A stretch of DNA of 39,153 nt from Thraustochytrium aureum (taxonomy: Eukaryota), in contig BLSG01000235.1 in the NCBI GenBank assembly GCA_012862495.1, positions 64,345 through 103,497 on the forward strand, written 5' to 3'. Both the position numbers and the translations under genes were made by a program. Position 1 is the stretch's first letter, and each line of letters starts with the position of its first letter. The notes under the pieces are model-generated. The model saw only the letters and a list, made by a program, of their open reading frames with translations. It made no database searches and was not told where the DNA came from. Shown one piece after another: positions 22,348-30,835 of the stretch.

Positions 22348-23397
22348 ATGGGCGCGGGAGCCTCGGAGGCAGCCGGTGCTTCTGTTGCGGCGAGGCGCTC
22401 GCGCTGGGGCCGGGCGCGGTTCTGCTGCGTGTGCGTCTTGGCCGCGTTCGCGGCGCTCTTGGCGCTGCCGGCGATGAGTCAACGGGGAGCGGCGAAAGCG
22501 GCGGGAGGGCGCGCGCCGTCCAGCGCGCATAAAGAGCTGTCGATTGTCGTGCCGTGCTACGAAGAGGCGCTCAACGTGCGGCCCCTGACGACGCGGCTGT
22601 TTGCTGCGACGAACAAGGCTGGGCTCACGGCAGAGCTGCTGCTGGTGGACGACTTCTCCGGCAAGGGGACAGAGGAGACGCGCAAGGTGGTAGCCGAGCT
22701 GCGCAAGGAGGGGTTCAATGTCGACCTCGAAGTCCGGATGCCCGAGCAAGGCAAAGGCCTGAGCTCCGCTGTCGTGCACGGACTGAAGCGCGCCAAGTAC
22801 CCAGTGCTCCTGGTCATGGACGCCGACCTCCAGCACGAGCCGGAGAGCGTGCCCGAGGTGGCGGGGCCGATCTTGCGGGGCGAAGCCGACTTTGCAGTCG
22901 GGTCGCGCAACGTGGAAGGTGGTGCTGCGGAGGACTTTCCACTCGTGCGCAAACTGATAAGCTTTGTGGCAACCATGCTTGCGTATCCGCTCACGGCGAG
23001 CTCAGACCCCATGAGCGGGTTCTTTTCGCTGAGCAAGGACACGTTTTCTCGCGGCGAGGCGTTGCTCAACCCAATGGGCTACAAAATTGGCCTTGAGCTC
23101 ATGGTCCGCTGCGGCTGCGCCAACGTGGCGGACGTCCCGATCAGGTTTCGCGACCGCGAGGCCGGCGAGTCCAAGCTCACGATGAAGCAGAATCTCTACT
23201 ACCTTCGCCATCTGCTGCATCTGTACTGGTTCAAGTACCCTGCGCTGCTTGTGGCGGTGGTTTTGGCTGGTCTCCTGGTCGTGTACTTTGCTGCTGGCCT
23301 CGTTTTTGGCTTACCTGCGCCAGGCATCGAAGCGGCGCGGCGCCTGCTGTTCGAGAGCGGCTCGCTTGCCGCGGGGACGTCAGAAAAAGAAGACTAA
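22348..23397 (+). CDS. DPM1: Dolichol/polyprenol-phosphate mannosyltransferase (GT2, DPM1-like) with N- and C-terminal hydrophobic segments
   Basis: LSIVVPCYEE, LVDDFS, GKGLSSAV, MDADLQH, AVGSR, SDPMSGFF, GYKIGLEL and FRDREAGESKL; C-terminal TM PALLVAVVLAGLLVVYFAAGLVFGL. Confidence 0.85.
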   Translation: MGAGASEAAGASVAARRSRWGRARFCCVCVLAAFAALLALPAMSQRGAAKAAGGRAPSSAHKELSIVVPCYEEALNVRPLTTRLFAATNKAGLTAELLLVDDFSGKGTEETRKVVAELRKEGFNVDLEVRMPEQGKGLSSAVVHGLKRAKYPVLLVMDADLQHEPESVPEVAGPILRGEADFAVGSRNVEGGAAEDFPLVRKLISFVATMLAYPLTASSDPMSGFFSLSKDTFSRGEALLNPMGYKIGLELMVRCGCANVADVPIRFRDREAGESKLTMKQNLYYLRHLLHLYWFKYPALLVAVVLAGLLVVYFAAGLVFGLPAPGIEAARRLLFESGSLAAGTSEKED

Positions 23398-23708
23398 GTG
23401 CTGAGCTTGAGTCCTTGCGTTGTTGCGAGGCGAGGCCCTTGGCCGGACGCCTGTCGCAGAGCCGCGCCGTCTTGACGCCCTCGTGGATGTCCGGGCTTTT
23501 GTGACTGTGGGATCCGGCGCGTCGCGCCCTCGGCGATGGCTGGGGAGGGTCCAGTTGCCCGGAGCGGAACGCAAAACGAAAAAGTCAACCAGCCCGTTGC
23601 CCCCCTCCCCCAAATCTCTTGACCACTACAAACCCCGCTCTGCAGTAGTTCTCTCTCGACTAGTTGAGCTCTAAACTTTAGCTGCAGCGAGAGCGCGCCA
23701 CGCGCAAG

Positions 23709-25484
23709 CTACCGGCCCACAACGTACACCACGAGCGACGTGGTCAGGAACGCCGCGTATATGCCCCAGAGCGCTTTTGGCAAAAACCTCGGCACCACAA
23801 ACCCGCTGCTCCAGAGCGACAGCAGCAGGAAGGCCAAGGTACCGAGAAGGAACGCCGCCGAAGTCACGCAGGTTGCGTCAAGCTGGATCGAAACCGGCTC
23901 CGGGCTCGTCTTGATGCAAAGCAAGGAAAAGCCGAGCCCCAGCCCCAGAAGGATGTTGAGCAGCGGGCTCCCAAAGCAGCCCGCGACAGCCATGCGCGGC
24001 ATCCCAGACTTTGAGATCGCCGTGTTGGCAACAAGATCGCCCGCCGAGTTGCCGAACGCCAGCACGGTCAGGCCGAGGATGCTCGGGTTGGCGCCAAAGA
24101 GGAAGCCGAGCGTGCTCAGCAGCGCCACGAGCTCGTTGGCGACCAAAAAGATCCAGCCAACGCTGCAAGCGAAGGCCATGATCAGCAGAAACGAGCCCAC
24201 CAGCGCGCCCGGCGGGGGCTGGCTCCGGTGCAGCGCAAACTGGAGCCAAAGCGAAGCAGCCCCCCCCGCGAGCAAAATGATGGCGACAGACCAGCCGGGC
24301 AGCGTTTCAAGATTGCCCGTCGCAAAGAGGAGGAAAACGCTACCGAGGAGGGGCTGTGGCACCGTGAGCGGTTTGGACCAGGACTCGGGCTCGACGCTCG
24401 GGATGGTGACGCGGCGCGCAAAGTTGAACGGCTGCTGGACAATCCAGCTGGCGAGCGCGCGCCAGGGCAGCGCGCGCCACTCCACAGCAACGCTGGCAGC
24501 GTGGAGGCGCGCTTTTGCCCTCCAGCGCAGCTGGCCCCAAAAATAGTCGCCCAAAAGGTCGGAGCTCTGCCCTGTCTGCAGGGAAATCTCAGGTACGGGC
24601 TCGCGCACCTCGCGGCTTGCCGCACTCTCGCTCGATGGTGGGAGATAGTCGTGAAACACCTCGGGCGCTTCAGAGACCTGCGAGCTGGAGCGCCGCATAG
24701 CGGCGAGCTCCACCGTGTCGCCGTCCAGCGGGGGCTGCCCCAGGAGCCCCTCTCGAACAAGCGGGTCCAGCCCCTCGACGTCGCGCAGGGCGAGGTCGGC
24801 TGCGCTCAGGAGCGGCGCGTCGCGGTCGGCTCCGGCGGCGTCTGGGTCCAGCGGGTCGTGCCAGAACGCGGCCCCGCCGATCCGCGGCTCGCCGGTCTCG
24901 GACCCCGCGCGCTTGGACCGCCTGCGCCAGTGGTCGTAGCTGAAGACCGTCACCACGTACGACAAGTAGATGAAAATGTAGAACACGGCGACCGGCAATG
25001 TTGTGTCGCGCCCGGAGGCACTCCAGCAGAGGATCCACGTCAGCGTGAACATGAAGAAGGCCACATCGCGAACCACGGTCCCGCCGTCAAGCGTCGCGTC
25101 TGGGGGCGCGGCGTGGAGCACGCTGCCGAGGACGACGGTGAGCAGGAACATGGCTGCGCCAAGCAGCGCCGAGAGCCCCAGCTCGGGCGATGCGCCGTCG
25201 TTGGTGAAGCTCGCGATGGAGGCAAAAACGTCAGGTGCGCCATTCCCCAGCGCGAGCAGCGTGACGCCGGCGAGCTCTGGCGACAGCCGCAGCCGCTCGC
25301 TAATCGTGCCGAGAGTCGGCGAGAAGTAGTTGTCCGCGGTGGAGCCCAGCAAGAAAAAGCAGAGCGCGACGAGCGCCGCCAGCAGGCCGCGCGCCGGCCA
25401 GGACTCGCCTAGCGCGCAATAGTAGTTGAACCCGAACGAGCTCTCGAAGGCCGCCAGCGAGGCCTCCCCGGCCTCGCACGCCAT
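23709..25484 (-). CDS. Cation/calcium exchanger (CCX/NCLX-type Na+/Ca2+ exchanger family)
   Basis: alpha-1 repeat AGVTLLALGNGAPD and alpha-2 repeat LGLTVLAFGNSAGDLVAN with GCFGSPLLN. Two TM bundles are separated by a hydrophilic loop. Confidence 0.92.
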   Translation of the reverse strand: MACEAGEASLAAFESSFGFNYYCALGESWPARGLLAALVALCFFLLGSTADNYFSPTLGTISERLRLSPELAGVTLLALGNGAPDVFASIASFTNDGASPELGLSALLGAAMFLLTVVLGSVLHAAPPDATLDGGTVVRDVAFFMFTLTWILCWSASGRDTTLPVAVFYIFIYLSYVVTVFSYDHWRRRSKRAGSETGEPRIGGAAFWHDPLDPDAAGADRDAPLLSAADLALRDVEGLDPLVREGLLGQPPLDGDTVELAAMRRSSSQVSEAPEVFHDYLPPSSESAASREVREPVPEISLQTGQSSDLLGDYFWGQLRWRAKARLHAASVAVEWRALPWRALASWIVQQPFNFARRVTIPSVEPESWSKPLTVPQPLLGSVFLLFATGNLETLPGWSVAIILLAGGAASLWLQFALHRSQPPPGALVGSFLLIMAFACSVGWIFLVANELVALLSTLGFLFGANPSILGLTVLAFGNSAGDLVANTAISKSGMPRMAVAGCFGSPLLNILLGLGLGFSLLCIKTSPEPVSIQLDATCVTSAAFLLGTLAFLLLSLWSSGFVVPRFLPKALWGIYAAFLTTSLVVYVVGR

Positions 25485-26929
25485 CGCCCAGACGCGTTTG
25501 CCACAGCACGGAGAGGGAGTAGAGCATCTTGGGAGAATGATTGATACTGCCCCCCTGGGAAGCTGACGCTGTTCATCGTCCTCTCAGAGTGCGGGTGCGA
25601 GCACGGTGGAGCTGGTGGTGTACCGCGAAGGGAAACACGGTCCGTTCGCGGCAAATAAACGGGTTTACGGCCGGCGATTGCGCTCTGCGGTGCTTTGCCG
25701 AAAACCCTCGAGGCAATTGGCACTTTTGCTGGTCGAGCGTCTGTTCTGCAAGGAAATGCGATTGGCTGATTGATTGGCGCTGCTCCTCTCCCACCGTCAC
25801 TGCGCGTTTGCGGAGTCCCATGCGCAGAGCGTTCGCCCGTCCCACACATCCTGCCGCTCCTGCTGAACAGTCTAATCCGCCTGCCAGTGCCTGCCGGTGC
25901 ATGGAAAGGAGGATCCGACAAGTATGTCTNNNNNNNNNNNNNNNNNNNNNNNNNNNNNNNNNNNNNNNNNNNNNNNNNNNNNNNNNNNNNNNNNNNNNNN
26001 NNNNNNNNNNNNNNNNNNNNNNNNNNNNNNNNNNNNNNNNNNNNNNNNNNNNNNNNNNNNNNNNNNNNNNNNNNNNNNNNNNNNNNNNNNNNNNNNNNNN
26101 NNNNNNNNNNNNNNNNNNNNNNNNNNNNNNNNNNNNNNNNNNNNNNNNNNNNNNNNNNNNNNNNNNNNNNNNNNNNNNNNNNNNNNNNNNNNNNNNNNNN
26201 NNNNNNNNNNNNNNNNNNNNNNNNNNNNNNNNNNNNNNNNNNNNNNNNNNNNNNNNNNNNNNNNNNNNNNNNNNNNNNNNNNNNNNNNNNNNNNNNNNNN
26301 NNNNNNNNNNNNNNNNNNNNNNNNNNNNNNNNNNNNNNNNNNNNNNNNNNNNNNNNNNNNNNNNNNNNNNNNNNNNNNNNNNNNNNNNNNNNNNNNNNNN
26401 NNNNNNNNNNNNNNNNNNNNNNNNNNNNNNNNNNNNNNNNNNNNNNNNNNNNNNNNNNNNNNNNNNNNNNNNNNNNNNNNNNNNNNNNNNNNNNNNNNNN
26501 NNNNNNNNNNNNNNNNNNNNNNNNNNNNNNNNNNNNNNNNNNNNNNNNNNNNNNNNNNNNNNNNNNNNNNNNNNNNNNNNNNNNNNNNNNNNNNNNNNNN
26601 NNNNNNNNNNNNNNNNNNNNNNNNNNNNNNNNNNNNNNNNNNNNNNNNNNNNNNNNNNNNNNNNNNNNNNNNNNNNNNNNNNNNNNNNNNNNNNNNNNNN
26701 NNNNNNNNNNNNNNNNNNNNNNNNNNNNNNNNNNNNNNNNNNNNNNNNNNNNNNNNNNNNNNNNNNNNNNNNNNNNNNNNNNNNNNNNNNNNNNNNNNNN
26801 NNNNNNNNNNNNNNNNNNNNNNNNNNNNNNNNNNNNNNNNNNNNNNNNNNNNNNNNNNNNNNNNNNNNNNNNNNNNNNNNNNNNNNNNNNNNNNNNNNNN
26901 NNNNNNNNNNNNNNNNNNNNNNNNNNNNN

Positions 26930-27563
26930 GGGCTGCGGCGAGAGCGCCTACTTGGAGGCCGAGGACGCAGAGTGCCCCATTTGCATGGACAACATCGTGC
27001 AAGTGGTGCCGGCGTGCGGGCACGGCCTTTGTCAGCAGTGCTTTCGTGACTGGATGGCCAAGTCCAGCTGCTGCCCAACCTGCCGGGTCGAGGGGTCGAA
27101 CTCCGAGGCCTGGGTCGTGGCGGACCAGCCGACCGTGCCAGAGTCCCAGGCGCAGATCGCCCAGCTCACGCAGACCGTGCACGCGTTTCTGATTTCCCTG
27201 CCGCGCCTTGAGACGCAGTGGGAGCGGGCGCAGCGCCAGAGCCGCGAAAAGGCGCTCAGAATGCGGGCGAGAAGCGAGAGTTTGCGCTCGCTCGCAGGCC
27301 AAGTGGATTCAGGTCGCAGCGGTCGCTTCGGCGTCATGCTGCGTTCTGTCCGGAGCGATGGTGCTGGCGGCCTTGTCCCGGGTGATGCTGTGGACGGCGC
27401 GCTCTCCGACTATTTGGTGGCGGCGGTGCCAGCTGCGGGGCGGGCTCGTGGTCGCGGCCGGGCGGCGGCAGTCCGGGGCGACGAGCTCGGCGAGGAGTTG
27501 CTCGATGACCAGGAACGCAGGCAGCTTGAATATGCCCTGACGCTCAGCCTAAGCGTTCGGTGA
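26930..27563 (+). CDS. RNF141-like RING-HC E3 ligase, 3' part (5' part in gap; possible first exon 25901-25921 followed by a GTATGT donor)
   Basis: ECPICMD...CGHGLCQQC..W....CPTCR followed by EAWVVADQP, which resembles the RNF141 post-RING ESWVVSDAP. The C-terminus DQERRQLEYALTLSL is UIM-like. Confidence 0.75.
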
Positions 27564-27571
27564 GCGAGAGT

Positions 27572-27756
27572 TGCGCAAGGTCTCCTCCCACGAGGCCTGG
27601 CCGGCCGCCTGTCACATATTCTTTTCAATCAGCATCAGCTTCCCGTGAGCGGTGCTGCCTGCGCAAGGTCTCGATGCCCGTTTCAACAACGACCGGCTAG
27701 CTGGCGGGCCGGGCCGGCCGGCCGTCTGTCACATACTCTAATCAATCAGCATCAGC
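27572..27756. repeat. Imperfect direct duplication downstream of the RING gene
   Basis: tgcgcaaggtctc...ggccggccg(c/t)ctgtcacata(t/c)tct..tcaatcagcatcagc occurs at ~27572-27639 and ~27660-27756. Confidence 0.7.
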
Positions 27757-28928
27757 GTCGGCGTGGCTTTTCGCCGTGACGCTGTGCGCCGGAGCGCGCT
27801 GGCGCCCCTGTATACAATAACAATTACACACCAGTAGATTTTACCAAGTCTGGTCTGGTCCGGTCTGTTCTGGTGACCCCGGTCTGGTCCGGATCTGGAA
27901 GAATGCGAGTCCGAGGCGCCACGGCAGGCATCGTCATTCCAACAACTCGAAGCGGCCACGCCTTGGTCCNNNNNNNNNNNNNNNNNNNNNNNNNNNNNNN
28001 NNNNNNNNNNNNNNNNNNNNNNNNNNNNNNNNNNNNNNNNNNNNNNNNNNNNNNNNNNNNNNNNNNNNNNNNNNNNNNNNNNNNNNNNNNNNNNNNNNNN
28101 NNNNNNNNNNNNNNNNNNNNNNNNNNNNNNNNNNNNNNNNNNNNNNNNNNNNNNNNNNNNNNNNNNNNNNNNNNNNNNNNNNNNNNNNNNNNNNNNNNNN
28201 NNNNNNNNNNNNNNNNNNNNNNNNNNNNNNNNNNNNNNNNNNNNNNNNNNNNNNNNNNNNNNNNNNNNNNNNNNNNNNNNNNNNNNNNNNNNNNNNNNNN
28301 NNNNNNNNNNNNNNNNNNNNNNNNNNNNNNNNNNNNNNNNNNNNNNNNNNNNNNNNNNNNNNNNNNNNNNNNNNNNNNNNNNNNNNNNNNNNNNNNNNNN
28401 NNNNNNNNNNNNNNNNNNNNNNNNNNNNNNNNNNNNNNNNNNNNNNNNNNNNNNNNNNNNNNNNNNNNNNNNNNNNNNNNNNNNNNNNNNNNNNNNNNNN
28501 NNNNNNNNNNNNNNNNNNNNNNNNNNNNNNNNNNNNNNNNNNNNNNNNNNNNNNNNNNNNNNNNNNNNNNNNNNNNNNNNNNNNNNNNNNNNNNNNNNNN
28601 NNNNNNNNNNNNNNNNNNNNNNNNNNNNNNNNNNNNNNNNNNNNNNNNNNNNNNNNNNNNNNNNNNNNNNNNNNNNNNNNNNNNNNNNNNNNNNNNNNNN
28701 NNNNNNNNNNNNNNNNNNNNNNNNNNNNNNNNNNNNNNNNNNNNNNNNNNNNNNNNNNNNNNNNNNNNNNNNNNNNNNNNNNNNNNNAGCTGCAGGAGGC
28801 GAGCACGCGGGGAGGGGAGGGAGAAGGACGAGCGCGCGAGCGGCAGGAGCGGCGGAGCGGGAGGCGCGCGGTCTTGCGGGCACCGGCCAGAGCGTTGCTG
28901 CGTGGGGCTCGGTGGAGGGGTTTTTAGG

Positions 28929-30551
28929 ATGATGCCGGGGATGATGGGCGGCCCAGGCGGCGGGCAGGTCTTTGTGATGAACCAGACGCAGAAGCGCGAG
29001 AGCGGACGCAAGGCGCAACTGGCGAATGTGGCCGCGGCGAAGGCGGTGAGCGATATTATTCGCACGACGCTCGGGCCCAGGAGCATGCTCAAGATGCTCA
29101 TGGACCCGATGGGCGGGATTGTGCTCACCAACGACGGCAACTGTATCCTCCGCGAGCTGGACGTCTCGCACCCGGCGGCAAAGTCGATGATCGAGCTGAG
29201 CCGCACCCAGGACGAGGAGGTTGGAGACGGCACCACCTCGGTGATCGTCACGGCCGGCGAGATGCTGACCGTGGCCGAGCCGTTCTTGGCCGCCGAGCGC
29301 CTCCACCCGACCCAGATCGTTCAGGCCTACTACATGGCGCTGGACGACGCGCTAGCGGTGTGCGAGAAGATCGCCAAGCCGCTCGACATCAACGACCGCG
29401 AAAGCATGTTCCGCATCGTCGACGCCTGCGTGGGCACAAAGTACGTCCACCGCTGGGGCGAAAAGATCGTCAACATGGCCCTGGATGCCGTCCTCAAGGT
29501 CTCGGTCAAGAGCGAGGGCCGCGCTACCGAGGTCGATATCAAGCGCTACGCTCGCATCGAAAAGATCCCCGGCGGCTCCATGGAGGACTGCGTCGTCATG
29601 GACGGCGTCATGATCAACAAGGACGTGACCCACTCCAAGATGCGCCGCCGTATCGAAAATCCGCGCATCCTCCTCCTCGACTGCTCGCTCGAGTACAAGA
29701 AGGGCGAGTCGCAGACCAGCGTCGAGCTCTCCAACCAGGACGACTGGGACCTCCTCCTCAAGCTCGAGGAGGAGCACGTCCAGCGCCTCTGCGCAGACAT
29801 CATCTCCGCCAAGCCCGACCTCGTCTTCACCGAGAAGGGTGTCTCCGACCTCGCGCAGCACTACCTCACAAAGGCCAACATCACCTGCTTTCGCCGCCTG
29901 CGCAAGACCGACAACAACCGCATCGCGCGCGCCGTCGGCGCAACCATCGTCAGCCGCACGGACGAGATCACCGAGGCAAACATTGGCCTCGGCTGCGGAC
30001 TCTTCCGGGTCGACAAAATCGGCGACGAGTACTTTACGTTCCTCGAAAAGTGCGCAAACCCCAAGGCCTGCACGCTGCTTTTGCGCGGGGGTTCCAAGGA
30101 CGTCCTCAACGAGATCGAACGCAACATCCAGGACGCCATGCAGGTCGCGCGCAACATTATTCTCGAGCCCAAGCTTCTGCCTGGCGGCGGCGCCACAGAG
30201 ATGACCATTTCGCAGGCGCTCATCGAAAAGTCCAAGGGCGTCGAGGGCGTGCGGCAGTGGCCCTACCGCGCTGTCGGCATTGCGTTCGAGGTCATCCCGC
30301 GCACGCTCGCGGAGAACTGCGGCACGGACGTCGTCCGCAAGCTCACCGAGCTCCGCGCGATGCACGCTAACGGGGAAAACACGACCTGGGGCATCAACGG
30401 CGACACGGGCGACCTCGTCGACATGAATGAGCTCAACATCTGGGAGCCATTCACCGTCAAGACGCAGACGATCAAGACCGCCATTGAGAGCGCGGCAATG
30501 CTCTTGCGCGTTGACGACGTCGTGTCTGGCTCCAAGAAGAAGGGCGCGTGA
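28929..30551 (+). CDS. CCT3: T-complex protein 1 subunit gamma (CCT/TRiC)
   Basis: RTTLGPRSMLKML, TNDGNCIL, EVGDGTTSV, DIKRYARIEKIPGG, LEYKKGESQT, RRLRKTDNNRIAR and PGGGATEM; ATG at 28929. Confidence 0.97.
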   Translation: MMPGMMGGPGGGQVFVMNQTQKRESGRKAQLANVAAAKAVSDIIRTTLGPRSMLKMLMDPMGGIVLTNDGNCILRELDVSHPAAKSMIELSRTQDEEVGDGTTSVIVTAGEMLTVAEPFLAAERLHPTQIVQAYYMALDDALAVCEKIAKPLDINDRESMFRIVDACVGTKYVHRWGEKIVNMALDAVLKVSVKSEGRATEVDIKRYARIEKIPGGSMEDCVVMDGVMINKDVTHSKMRRRIENPRILLLDCSLEYKKGESQTSVELSNQDDWDLLLKLEEEHVQRLCADIISAKPDLVFTEKGVSDLAQHYLTKANITCFRRLRKTDNNRIARAVGATIVSRTDEITEANIGLGCGLFRVDKIGDEYFTFLEKCANPKACTLLLRGGSKDVLNEIERNIQDAMQVARNIILEPKLLPGGGATEMTISQALIEKSKGVEGVRQWPYRAVGIAFEVIPRTLAENCGTDVVRKLTELRAMHANGENTTWGINGDTGDLVDMNELNIWEPFTVKTQTIKTAIESAAMLLRVDDVVSGSKKKGA

Positions 30552-30835
30552 AGGGCGAGCAAGCGTGCATGCGTGCATGTGAGAGAAGCCCGCAACTCTG
30601 CCCCAGAGGGCGCCGCCGACCCTGTGCGGTCCGCGCCGCGTCGGAGGCGCCGTTCGGCGAGCTCGACTGGGACTTGGCTAGCTCTAGAGAGTTGTCTGCA
30701 AGCGTGCGCACGCACCCGCTCGCGTACCAGGGAGCTGCACAAAAGTTGCAGAGGAGGCGGGGAGGGTTGTGGCTTGTTGCAGAAAGTAAAGGCCGTTTGC
30801 CGTTGCGTTTTCTCTAGTGCTTGTTTACCTTTTCG

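Noticed and set aside
25541..28928. Long ORFs spanning N-runs (e.g. 25770-27563, 27873-30551 N-terminus)
   Set aside because: Their length is an artefact of Ns not encoding stops; only the parts with homology were kept.
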